Shown: positions 38,549 through 51,139 of the stretch, piece after piece
Layout: each line of letters opens with the position of its first letter
How positions within the stretch are numbered: position 1 is the first letter of the stretch
Origin: Malacoraja senta
Taxonomy: Eukaryota
Direction of reading: 5' to 3'
Assembly (NCBI GenBank): GCA_038087875.1
Contig: JAXLNO010000630.1
Coordinates: 1-64,000, forward strand
Length of the DNA stretch: 64,000 nt
Made by a program: the position numbers and the translations under genes
The notes under the pieces: generated by a model
Told to the model about the DNA's origin: nothing
Database searches by the model: none
The model's input: only the letters and a program-made list of their open reading frames with translations

Positions 38549-39133
38549 ATGTAAATGTCATTTGTAATCGACAAGTTGCCATAAGTTCACTGACTTTGAG
38601 TCGGTTAACATGTCAACACAGTACTATTAGAAAGTTATGTAATAAGTACCAGATATTGGTCTAATTATCCGATATTTAACTACTTAATTAGATACTCAAC
38701 CTCTTGGGAACGCTGATCCCTTGACGGATTTATATATTGTTTTTCGTGGTCTGTTCTGTTCAGTGTTTATTAACCCCTTAAGGAGCGGGGTTACTTAATA
38801 TTAATATCATCTACGGAAGTTATCACGGACCACACCACCATTGGGTGGTATCCACTAGCAGCATTTCTATATGCTGCAATTTCCGTTGTTTTTCTTTTTC
38901 ACTTTCTACCTTTTCTACTAAACAGCTTAACTATTTTTATTAACATACATTTTTCTGGGAGATATCTCCGGGGGGGATAGGGGAAAATGGGACAGGGCTC
39001 ACACACCCAGCAACTAAAGGAATCATTTCAAATTTTGTGTTGGACCATTTGAATCAAAGGAACCATATAAGTTTTAAAATGCAAGACGACGTTGCTAGGA
39101 AAATTGGAGGAATTACATTTTGTAGTTGGAACG

Positions 39134-42100
39134 TGTAGATTGGTTTATGCATGAGAACCAATCATAGTAGAATAGCATCACTAACCCCACCCTACTGTAC
39201 GATTTATACTAGCACCCACTTCCCACACGGGTCAGTCTTGGAAGCGGTCATGATGTTTTAACAACTAACAACCTTCTGTGCCGCTATAATATGAATACAG
39301 ATTAAAGATGATCATGAAGTTCAGATTGTATTCATTGGCTATTTACATGGTGTCAGTCAACTTGGAGTAACCCACTGCGTCCGTCTATCGGTTTTATTTC
39401 TGTTTGTCAGTTTTGTTTTTTGCTTTACGATGGCTCATCTTGCAGAAAGCCTGCACAGCTTATCTTCGATTCCGACGTCGGCGAGCGATAGCTGACATTT
39501 GAGATTGATTAGCAACACTACATGAACATCGTACACCGAAATGAACCAGACGCTGTCTGAAATTAACCTTGCGGGACCCGAAGCCATGATGAGAGCTCGG
39601 ACTTTTGAATACGTTGTCTTGTTGCGTAAATTTAGTGAGATATGTGAGATGCCGTCAAACCGCATTTTAGAAAGAGCCACATTATTTGCGAGACACCAGC
39701 TTCCTGACGAACCGGTGGAGAAATTCATTTGTGATTTACGATACATGGCCCAGAGGTGCCGATTTGAGACAATGACTAATCAGCTGATAAGGGACAAATT
39801 AGTATCTGGCATGAATGATCAAAAGCTACGGTGAGAGTTGCTGCGGAATCCTGATTTAACTCTCGAGCAGGCTGCACATGCTTGTCGTTTGGCCGAGTTT
39901 GTCGCTCCATTAAGCGAGCAGCGTGACATAGAAAAAAATCTATCAACTTGACGGGGTTTAACAGACCGCGAACACCGAATAAGATAAGATTTACGACCGA
40001 GGCCCCTCGACCGGCTAATCGGGGATTTGCCAATGAGCCCTCTAGGAGATGTCCTAACTGTAACTACCTCCACAATAAGCGTGATACATGCCCTGCTTAC
40101 GGGAAGTCTTGCAATTACTGCAAGAAGGTGAACCATTTCTCTGCCGCTTGCAGAGCCCGTGGGAAGAAACCCTCTAGTTCAGCGCCTAATCTACATCTGC
40201 TACAACAAGACGAAACAATCTCTGCTTCTCAAGACCAGCTCGACACTGCCCCCGAGGGCAGTACAATTAACTCACATGGGGACTCTACTGTGTATTCACT
40301 CCTGCACACAGCTGGTAAGATTCTCGATCCTACAGTTCTGATGTCGGTTAATAATAAAGTTGTCAAGGCCAAATTAGATACGGGGGCAAAAGTAAACGTA
40401 ATGTCTGTGCACCTCTACAATAAGATAAGAAATAACGACGCCTTGAATAAAGACAACTCCGCTCTGCATGCTTACGGAGGGGGGGGTTGATTCCACTGGG
40501 AAAAAACACTTTTAAATGCGTGCTGAAAAAGACTACAAGGAATCTGACCTTCTATGTTTTGTATTCTAACTCTGTGACTCTGCTGGGCATCCACGCATGC
40601 CAGGATTTGAGGCTGATTTCCTTTGATCAGTCGGTCCACAAGCTACTGATATCTGTGGACCCGGTAAAAGAATACCCTGATTTGTTCGATGGCAAACTAG
40701 GCAAGCTGCCTGTGACCTACAAGATATCCATTGACCCCAATGTTGACCCTGTCGTCCGCACACTGCATCGTGTGCCACATGCTCTGAGAGAAATGATTGA
40801 GTCTGAACTCAAGAACGTGGTCTCCTTAAGCGTACGAGAAGAGATCAGTGAGCCCACTGAATGGGTCTCCACCATGGTTGCTACTCTCAAGAAGGATAAA
40901 AACGAGCTCCGCGTGTGCATCAATCCGAAGGATTTGAACTCTGCCAACAGGCGTCTGCATTACCCTTTGAGGACTGTCGAGGACGTTGCGGCACAGATCG
41001 GACGAGCTACTGTATTTTCTATCGATGCAAAGAGCTCTTTCTGGCAGGTACCGCTGGACGATGAGTCGTCAAACCTTACCACATTTGCCACTCCATTTGG
41101 CAGAGTCAAGTTTCTAAGAGTGCCATTCGGCATCAACTCGGCCAGTGAGGTCTTCCAGAGGAACATGGAACTGCTGTTCCAGGGCCTCCCGTGTGCCATC
41201 ATAGTTGATGATATCTTGGTTTATGGCAAAAACACAACCGAAACGACACGACTGCAACCTAAACCTTATCATGGAGCGGGCACGCCAGATAAACCTGAAA
41301 TTCAACCCTAACAAGTGTAACTTCAGGGTTTCAGTGGTCACCTGTGTCGACCATGTGTTCACACCTGACGGTCTAAGGCCGGATCCGAAGAAAACTGCCG
41401 CCATCACAGAGATGCCTGCCCCCACCGATGTGCTCGGCCTTCAGCGATTCCTGGGTATGGTGAACTATCTTGGAAAATTCATACCAAACCTCAGTGAACA
41501 CCTCTGCGGCAACTAACCAGAAAGGATACTGTTTGGTCCTGGTTCCAGCAACACCAAAAAGCATTTGACGTTATAATATCGAAGCTGACCAGCGCACCAA
41601 CCCTGGCATTTTTCGTCTTGAAGCGCCCTGTGACAGTTACCTGCGATGCCTCACGATTCGGACTAGGCGCAGTCTGCCTACAATCATCTGCCGATGGAAC
41701 TTTGCGCCCTGTCTCCTATGCCTCCCGCACCATGACCGACCGAACAGCAAATCGAGAAGGAGCTGCTGGCCGTTGTCTTCGCTTGTTCCAAGTTCAAGGA
41801 CTTTATCTTTGGCAATGTTTTCACGGTCGAGACAGACCACCAACCCCTAGGGACGATCATCAACAAACCTATACACGCAGCACCTGCACGCATGCAGCGC
41901 ATGATGATGCAGCTCCAGCGCTTTGACTTTAAACTTGTTTACAAGAACGGTAAAGACATGCTCCTTGCGGACACTCTCTCTCGCGCACCACGGGCATCCA
42001 ACGAACGACACCCCTACGAACGGGACGAGTTTACGGTTCTCAGCATTGACTTTGTTCCGACAAAACAACTGCGCCGCTTCGCCGAACACACAGCCGCCGA

Positions 42101-42917
42101 TGCTACCCTCCAGATACTGTCATCCGTAATCAAAAGAGGCTGCTCAGACAGACAGTCCAGTGTACCAACAGAGGTGCAGCCGTTCTTCTTAATCCGCGAT
42201 GAACTGGTAATACAGGATGGTGTCATAGTTAAGGGCCACAAAGTCGTCATCCCCTCATCGCTACACGACGAATACTACAAAGAGGCACACAGCGGTCACC
42301 CAGGAACTGATGCCACACTGGCCCACGCACAGAACCTGTTGTGCTGGCCTGGGATGGCCAAGTACATACGGGATAGGACAGCATCCTGCCCCATTTGCAA
42401 CAGCATCGCACCACACCAACAGAGACAGCCTTTACTGCAACAACCTCCACCAGCACTGCCCTGGACGTCGTTGGCGGCAGACATTTTCGAATGGCACGGT
42501 GAACACTATCTTGTCCTGGTTGACTCCTATTCTAACTGGTTCGAACTCGACTTACTGACCTCTATCACATCAGAAATGGTCATTCAAAAGCTAAAGAAAC
42601 ACTTCTCTACATTCGGCGCACCCGTCCGTTTGCAGACCGACAACGGAAGACAATTTACCAGCCACGCTTTCAAGCTCTTTGCCAACCGCTGGAATTTCCA
42701 CCGCGTCACAAGCAGCCCTGAATACCCACAAAGTAACGGGTTCGCTGAACGAGCTGTCAGAAGCGCTAAACATCTAATGGGACGCGCACACCTTGCCAGC
42801 GACTGATGTCCAGAACAACGAGACCCCAGAACAACTGACAACCTGCTGTACCGCTATAATATGAATACTGATTAAAGATGATATTGAACCTCAGATTGTA
42901 TTCATTGGCTATTTACA
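39134..42917 (+). mobile_element. Gypsy/Ty3 LTR retrotransposon, decayed, with a 3' internal deletion
   Basis: 5' LTR 39134-39347 (TG..CA), PBS TGGTGTCAG (tRNA-Leu-like), order gag-PR-RT-RH-IN, partial 3' LTR 42831-42917, TSD GAACG. Confidence 0.96.
39430..42806 (+). pseudogene. Gypsy gag-pol: zinc knuckles, protease (LDTGA), RT (IVDDIL), RNase H (CDAS), integrase (H-H-C-C, D,D,E)
   Basis: ORFs 39541, 39948, 40487, 41205, 41618 and 41892 are collinear with frameshifts. Confidence 0.93.
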
Positions 42918-45900
42918 GAACGTTAGGGCCGTTAACGAGCCAATTAAAAGGGGCAAAGTACTAGCCCATTTAAAATCTATTAATACTGATATAATATATT
43001 TGCAGGAGACGCATCTCAAAAATGGAGCTCATAACAGGCTGAAGGGTAGCTGGATTGGTCAATTATATCATTCTACTTTTTCTTCCAAAGCAAGAGGAAC
43101 TGCAATCCTAATTCGCAAAGGTAAACAATTTAAACACAAATCCATTATAGCCGATAAGGAAGGCAGAGACATTATAATATCCGGGGAACTACACACAACT
43201 CCACTGACTTTGGTGAACATTTATGCTCCTAATTTCGATAATCCACAATTCTTTAATAAAATATTTAATATAATCTCAGACACCTGTCAGCAGAATCTGA
43301 TAATTGGAGGAGACCTAAATTGTGTATTAGATCAATATTTGGATAAATCTTCACAGCAAAGGAAAAGAACTTTAAAATCAAAATCTAGTGAACTTTTAAA
43401 TACCTACATAAATAATACAAACATAACCGACGTATGGAGGATTGCCAACCCATCCGGAAGAGAATACTCTTTTTATTCAGGTGTTCACAAAACGTATACA
43501 CGAATTGATTATTTGCTGGTGGATGCAAAACTTATCCATTTTACCTATAATCCCAAATATCATAATAATATCATTTCGGACCATTGTCCATTAACCTTCT
43601 CCTTAAAATTAGAAGGAATGTATAATAATAATACGTTCTGGACATTCAACCCACAAATACTAACTGAGCCAAGTTGTTGTGACTATCTGAAGCTACAGAT
43701 GAAAATATTCTTTGAGACAAACGATACACCCGGTGTCTCTACAACATTATTGTGGGAATCTTTCAAGGCCGTTATCAAAGGCAGTATTATCTCTTACCAA
43801 GCTTTTCACAATAAGAAAAATAGGACGGAATAATTAGAACTAGAAAAACAGATTAAACAGCTTGATTTAGAAAATGCGCTTGACCCAACCACTGCAAAAC
43901 ATAATAAGATAGCCACATTAAAATTTAAATTAAATCAGATCCTTTCTGCAAAAATTATTAGTATATTTCAATATACTAAGCAAAAAAACTATGAATTTGG
44001 TGACAGACCACACAAACTTCTTTCACGCCAACTCCGCAAATCGGAGAAAGCCCATACTATTCAAAAAATTAGATCAGAAAAAGGAGAGTTGCTCACACTG
44101 CCTAAAGATATTAATGAAAGATTCTTAAAATTCTATCAAAACCTGTACTCATCAAAAACAACAGCCGACCCTGCGAAGATTAAAAGTTTTCTTGAAATTG
44201 CGACCTCCCATCCCTTAATGATGAGGAACGAGATGAATTAGGTGCTGAGCTAACAACAAAAGACATTGAAGAGACTATTAAATCATTGAAAAGTGGAAAA
44301 ACGCCAGGTCCGGACGGGTTTAGTAATGAATTTTACAAAAAATTCAACGATTCAATATCCCCACGCTTACGAGCCCTTTATATTAATGCTTTTAAAGAAC
44401 AGACCGTACCACTAACCCTGGCCGAATCAACCATTACACTGACCCCAAAAAAGATAAAAACCTTGAAGAGCCTGGATCAGATAGGGCAATAGCTCTTTTA
44501 AATACAGACCAGAAGATATTAGCCAAGACTTTGGCACGCAGATTAAGCCTGTTTATTAGTAAATTAATACATCCAGATAAAACTGGGTTTAAACCTAAGC
44601 TACATTCGTTTTATAGCTTGAGACATTTGTTTAATATAATATACTCGCACAGAACGATAAACGAAGATTTAACAATTATCTCCCCAGACGCAGAAAATGA
44701 TTTCGATCAAGTGGAATGGGCTTAACTTTTTACAGTGTTGGAAACCTTTCAATTAGGAGAAAACTTCATCTCATGGCTGAAGCTGTTATATAATAATCCG
44801 ACAGCCAGAATACTGACAAACCAAATTATTTGAACTAAATTTCACTTATCCAGGGGTAACAGACAAGGATGTGCCCTTTCACGAATGTTATTTGCTTTAG
44901 CCATAGAACCCCTCGCAGAGAGTATTAGAGTAAATTCGGGTATTCATGGATATAACATTAAATATACCAGTAACAGGATTTCGTTATATGCAGACGATGG
45001 ACTTTTATACATTACTAACTCCCAAATATATTACATGTTATAGAACAATTTGGTGCCTTTTTAGGTTATAGAATGAATTGGAATAAATGTGAAATTATGC
45101 CAAATAAAGCTCAAGATCCTTCTCAACTTCACACATTTCCCTTCAGAATTGTTACCGAAAAATTTAGATGCCTCGGAGTTTACGTGACTAGAAAATACAC
45201 CTCCCTAATTAAAACAAATTTCCCACCACTAATTACTAAACTAAATGCCCACATTAAGTTCTGGAAAACACTCCCTATTTCCCTTATAGGTAGAGTAAAT
45301 GCCATAAAGATGATCTTCCATCCACAACTCCTATATTTATTTCAATCAATACCGATATATCTCCCCAAAAGTTTTTTCAAAAAAATTGACTCTAGTATTA
45401 CGCTTCATCTGGGACTACAAAACCCATAGAATACACAAAAGACATTTGTGTAAATCCAAAGAAAATGGAGGATTAGCTCTTCCTAACTTTCTTTTCTACT
45501 ATTGGGCGACTAACATCAAAAATATAATTTTCTGGATGGATGATACATGTCAACAGGTAAATTGGTTAAAATGGAGAGGGAAGATTGTTTGCCTTTTAAC
45601 ATAGGCTCGATTCTTCTATCTCCAATATATCTGAATAAATCAACGTATGAGCAAAATCCGATAATACACAGTACCCTACGTATCTGGAAACAGTTGAAAT
45701 TAAGTCTCAAACTGAGAAAGTTGCCTCTCCTTCTGCCTATTGCTAACAATCCCTCGTTTAAACCGTCTACTTTAGATAAGGCGTTTGCTCAATGGAAAAA
45801 CTAGGAAGTAAAACCGTGGGAGACCTCTATAAGAAGGGGACTTTCCTCTCTTTTCAAGAACTACAGGAGAAATATCATTTCAAATCAAGCAATCTTTTTA

Positions 45901-46924
45901 GATATCTTCAAATCCGCGATTATGTGAAAAATATACACACACGACTGTCGTTTTATGGGTCCAGTTATATTAGACGATTGTTTGAATAGACATGCCGACA
46001 CAAGTAAGTTGATATCTTACATATATAACACTCTCTTAAATGTGGATACCCCACCTTCTGAGATGTATAGGCGAGCATGGGAAGACGTGTTGGGTTTATC
46101 AATTTCAAAAGATATACGGGAGGAGAGCCTGCTATACATACACTACTGCTCTCTCAATGTCAGGCATTCCTTGATACAATTCAAAATACTGCATAGGCTA
46201 TACTATTCAAAGACTTAATTGAATAAGATCTCCTCACTGTCTCCCCTATCTGTGATAAATGTCACCTCCAAGAAGCTACCTTAACCCACTCCTTTGCATC
46301 CTGTATAAAGATACAAAATTTCTGGATGGGAATATTCGATATCTTCTCTAAAACACTTAAAATTAAACTGGAAGCAGATACAAAACTAATAACTTTAGAT
46401 ATGTCAGAGGCCTGTTCTAAGCTAACGATATTTCAAAGACGCTTCCTTGACTACGGCCTAATCACTGCGAAAAAAACTCATACTCAAATTCTGGAAAAAG
46501 ACAACAGTTCCCACAGTGAAGATGTGGATTACTGACATGACCGAGACACTACATTTATAAAACATTAGGCTTGTTTTGGTTGATAAAGTAGACCAATTCT
46601 CCAAAACATGGTATCCTTTCACTGAATTTCTTGAACAACAGAATGGTTGGACAGTGGGGCATATCTCCATCTTCTTTTTTCTCATATCTCTTTTTTCTTC
46701 TCGCACTTCTTTGGTAGTTCAGGGGGTTTTCTTCTCTCTTTTGCATTTTTCTTCTTTTTTTTCATTCTTTCCTTTTTTCTCTTTTTTTGGATTAATGTAT
46801 TAATGTAGTAAAATGTTTTAAAAAATGAAGCTGTACGAAAATTGTATCACTTTCAGGCCGATTGCTTTATTCTTGTACAATTGCTTCTAATAAAATAAAT
46901 ATATATAACAAAACAACAAAAAAC

Positions 46925-47330
46925 ATTTCAATGCTGAGTCAAATATCACGCCAAGGTTTTTGACGTGAGGTTTGACTAATGGGGTAAGGCTTCCAAGGCT
47001 GCCTGCTATCATTTTGATTGAGTCCGATGGGCCGAGAAGGACGATCTCAGACTTACTCTCGTTTAGTTGGAGGATGTTCTGGGCCATCCAACCCTTTATA
47101 CCCTCGAGGCAGTAGATAAGGTGGTAGATTTTATCGTTTTTTGGGCTTCAAGGGGAGTTGTGTATCGTTTGCATAGAAATGGAAGGAAATGCCGTGCCTT
47201 TGGATGAGTTGGCCAAAGGGGAGCATATGAAAGGCGAAGTCAATGGGGCCAAGGATGGAACCTTGTGGAACCCCGGAGCAGAGGCTAGCTGGGGGGAGGA
47301 GAAAGAGTTGCCTATGTTAGTACATAATAA
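46925..47330 (-). mobile_element. Continuation of the L2 LINE split by the L1
   Basis: MAQNILQLNESKSE...VKNLGVIFDSALK. Confidence 0.88.
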
Positions 47331-48272
47331 GTTTCCAATTAGTATCGGCTTCAGGTTAGGGACCAAAAGGTATACTCGTCATTTAACAGCTGCAGTTATC
47401 GCACTGAAGGTTTATTACGAGAGCATCATATCAGCATATCATAAGCAAAAATAAGGTTTTTAAAAAACCAGATGAAATGCTGGAGTAGCTGAACACGCGA
47501 GGCAGCATTCATGTAGATCATGGAAATGTGACGTTTCAGACGATATACTTTAGTCCGAGAAAGGATGCAGAACCGACAATTTAACTATCCATGTTCTTCA
47601 GAGATTCAACCTGATCCGCGGAGTTATTTTAGGATTTTGTGTCTTTCCTTTGTAATCCAGTATCTGACGTTTCTTCTTTCTATTTACCTGTTTCTAACCA
47701 CAAGCTGCCATTGCGGAACAGAAGAGTCGCCACATCCCCTTATGGCGATGACATAAAATCATAGAATAGTAAGATTAAACGAGAACTTACCAGTTTGAAG
47801 TTTGATCTTTATTTTATGAGGAGTTACGTTGGTGAATACGTGAAGAAGCCCCGCCAGTCCGCATGCGCAAAATCTTCAAAGCAGTGGTATGAAATCACAG
47901 GTAATAGTAATTGATGTAACATAGTAAGATCAGCAAATTGAGAACTACCAGATGACCTTTGTGAGAGAGGGTTGGGAGTGGAGGGCACGTAATCACCAAC
48001 GTAACTCCTCATAAAATAAAGATCAAACTTCAAACTGCTAAGTTCTCGTTTAATCTTACTATTTTACTTCGGAGTCACGTGAGTGATTCCGTGAAGAGTT
48101 CAACGCTCTGTGATTTCATGTCGCAGATTCAAATCCCGGCGTCTCACTGCATCGATTGACTCAGGATGAGTAAAATAATCAACAATGCATTAAGCATGAC
48201 ATTGAATTAAATGTAGTAACGATTTATTTGAATAACAAAAACAACAGCAACCCCTCTATCCCAGGGGAAAAC

Positions 48273-49253
48273 TTAAACAGAACTTAACACAGAATTGGCA
48301 AACAGCCTCGAGTCAGCAATCGGCCTATGATAGAATTGTTATAAAACCAATTCATTTGACCACCCGGCGGCTGCGAGAATATGGTCGATGGGAACGTCCA
48401 TCGCCCTGGCCGCTGACGTTGATGCCGCCCCAGCGGAATGAGATGTAAAAACGTCAGTGTTAATACCTGCATAAACCAACACCTGCTTCAACCACCTCGA
48501 GATAGGCTGCACTGACACTCCCTTGTGTGGTTTCTTGTGACTGATAAACAATGCTGTTTCCACATTTCTTAAGGCCCTCGTGGCTTCGATATAATGTAGT
48601 AAATGTGTCCTTACACATAGACATGGATCCGTGGGATATGCCGAAATTACAATCTTAAACCCTGTCACCCCTGGCCTGCTCTGTTTGAGTAGATCATAAA
48701 TGTAGAACGCAACGGTATCTGCAGCCACTTCCATCCCGACTAGCTGCAGCTTTTGCAATGTCTGCACTCGTTGTGCTGATACCAGTGCCATGTGCATGAC
48801 CACCTTCATGGTGACTTTGGCCAAAGACAGAGAGGTGACAGGAGTCCACTGACGAAGTAGCTTGAGGACCATGCTTACATTCCAGATAGACATATACCTG
48901 GGTTTAGGAGGTCTGGAATTAAAAATTCCTTTCATTAATCGAGATATGAGAGGGTGAGACCCAATAGGATATTCTTCTGACCCCATCAACAAGTACGAGG
49001 ACAATGCACTTCTAGCTGTATTGATTGCACTATAACTCAACCCTTCATCGTAGTAGAGTGTCGACAGGCACTCTAGAACATCCGCAATACCTGCCGTATG
49101 GTATTCAATATCCTTTTGTACACAGAATTCCTCCCATTTTTTAATATAAGAGATATATTGTTTTTGGGTACTCTTTCTCCAGGCTGCAGTGAGCATATCC
49201 ACAGTTCGCCCAGACAGTCCTCGCCCCAGATATGGCCTTCTTAAAATCTGCAA
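48273..49253 (-). pseudogene. DIRS tyrosine recombinase with a premature stop at 48339 before the catalytic Tyr
   Basis: SAQRV, HSAG (for H-x-x-R) and AAGWS; the frame continues *QFYHRP...SSV*. Confidence 0.9.
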
Positions 49254-49450
49254 ATTAACAAATCATTACGGTCATATAAAGGATGCCGTTTGCCAGTTAC
49301 CGGGTGCACCAGTATATTTCTTCGTTTAGGAACAACCATAAGAGGTTGTGTCATCAGCTCCAATACCAAAGGGAACCATGGCTGAGTAGGCCAGTCGGGT
49401 ATCACCAACACTCCTGAAGCACTCCAGCTTAATTTTGAGCAGACATCGAC

Positions 49451-50998
49451 TTATGAGGCAGATGGTGGAAATACATATAAAAACATACCTCCCCAATGTA
49501 GCGAGAACGCATCAATCGCTACTGCCCCAGGATCTGGTTCCCATGACACAAATTTAGGTAGCTGGTGGTTGAGTCTGGATGCAAACAAATCGATATCTGG
49601 CATTCCATATCTAACAACTATATAATTGAATACCTCCTGATTCAACATCCATTCTGTGTTGTCATTGAATATTCGTGACCTGGTGTCTGCCACTATGTTG
49701 AATCTACCTGGTAGGTAAATAGCTGAAAGCCAAATGTTTCTGTCAATACACCAATTCCAGATCTGATTAGCCAATTTGTCACAAGATACCGACTTGATTC
49801 CACCCATGTGATTAACATACACCACTGCCGTAGTGTTGTCAATCTGAAGCTGAACATGCAGGTGACATTCAGTAGAGCAATAAGCCTTAAGTCCATAAAA
49901 AGCTCCCAAAAGCTCTAAGTAATTAATCCTATATGACTGCAGAAGCGATGCCTCTTGCGCATTCCATCTGCCTCCACAGCTGGAATTCGTATCAGTGGCA
50001 CCCCAACCTAGTGCACTGACATCAGTCTGTAAGACCATGGAAGGTTGTTCAAGCAAAACTTTGCTGGAAGAACTGGAGACATTTTGTATCCACCACTGCA
50101 GTTCAGTAACAGCTTCTGCTGATAATTGCATGGGCCTATCATAATGACCCGAATGTATCCTGAATGTATCCCTCTGTAGCTGTTCGTAGTGCAATGGTCC
50201 GTACTGGACTGCCGGAAAAGCTGCCACTAATTTACCAAGCAAGCTGGCCACCTGTATAATTGAAGGTTGTTGTTCCTCAATGAGCCTAATACAACCTTCA
50301 ATTAACTCCAGCCTTTTTTCCCTGGGCAGAGTCACTACCATGTGATTTGAATTAATAGTGAACCCCAAATAATCAATTGTTGTAACTGGTGTTAATTTAG
50401 ATTTTTCTGGATGAACGATAAACCCCAATTTTTCAAAAATGAGTTTAACAACTGCCACGGATGCTTCAGCTATTTCCCTAGTTCGACCTGTAATTAAAAT
50501 ATCATCCAAATAAGCCATAACAACGTGATCCTGGGCTCTAAGTTGCCCCAGTACTGGTTTTTTAAACAATTTTGTGAATATTCTAGGGGCTGAAGTTAAC
50601 CCATTAGGCAGTGCCTTGAGTTGCCATAATTGATTCATCCAGCTAAATTTCAAATATCTTCTATCCTCTAAATGAACAGACACTGAGTAATACGCATCTT
50701 TCAGATCTATACTTGCCATATAGCATCCTCTGGAAATTAGTTGTTTGGCAGTAACAAACGTTTCCATTTTGAAATGTCTATACTGTACAAAAGGGTTTAG
50801 ACTTGTTAGATCAAGAATAATTCTACATACTCCGTCCTTTTTTGGCCAGGGAAATATATTAGACACAAATTGATGGAGTTGGCGAACCGACTCCTCAATT
50901 ACCCCTTTTTTACACAAGTTTTCAAGTTCTGCCAGAACCTCCATATTCTCTGTTTGTGAGAACTTGAGTGTTCTCCTAGGAACATGCTGAATGGGCAA
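49451..50998 (-). CDS. DIRS reverse transcriptase / RNase H / adenine-methyltransferase-like ORF (frameshift at FPP)
   Basis: IDLKDAY, YLDD, INYLEL, DNTTAV, DLFAS and FPP motifs. Confidence 0.92.
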   Translation of the reverse strand: MPIQHVPRRTLKFSQTENMEVLAELENLCKKGVIEESVRQLHQFVSNIFPWPKKDGVCRIILDLTSLNPFVQYRHFKMETFVTAKQLISRGCYMASIDLKDAYYSVSVHLEDRRYLKFSWMNQLWQLKALPNGLTSAPRIFTKLFKKPVLGQLRAQDHVVMAYLDDILITGRTREIAEASVAVVKLIFEKLGFIVHPEKSKLTPVTTIDYLGFTINSNHMVVTLPREKRLELIEGCIRLIEEQQPSIIQVASLLGKLVAAFPAVQYGPLHYEQLQRDTFRIHSGHYDRPMQLSAEAVTELQWWIQNVSSSSSKVLLEQPSMVLQTDVSALGWGATDTNSSCGGRWNAQEASLLQSYRINYLELLGAFYGLKAYCSTECHLHVQLQIDNTTAVVYVNHMGGIKSVSCDKLANQIWNWCIDRNIWLSAIYLPGRFNIVADTRSRIFNDNTEWMLNQEVFNYIVVRYGMPDIDLFASRLNHQLPKFVSWEPDPGAVAIDAFSLHWGGMFLYVFPPSAS

Positions 50999-51139
50999 AT
51001 CACAATTTGGATCGAACTCAATTCGAAACCCTTGGATAATATTCAGTATAAACGGATCTGATGTTATTTGCTTCCATTCCTCGAAAAACAGGTGTAATCT
51101 ACCCCCAATTTTGTAGCTGTGTTGCAGTTAATATGTTCC

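Larger units (their letters stand above)
38549..46924 (+). mobile_element. L1-clade LINE, copy B (no ORF1; ORF2 ATG at 39079), containing a Gypsy element
   Basis: 11-bp TSD ATTTCAATGCT at 38538-38548 and 46925-46935; A-rich tail; closely similar to copy A. Confidence 0.95.

Noticed and set aside
48273..50998. Prophage, retron or bacterial contamination (integrase + RT + methylase)
   Set aside because: Domain order and termini are those of DIRS1 retrotransposons, and the flanks are vertebrate repeats.
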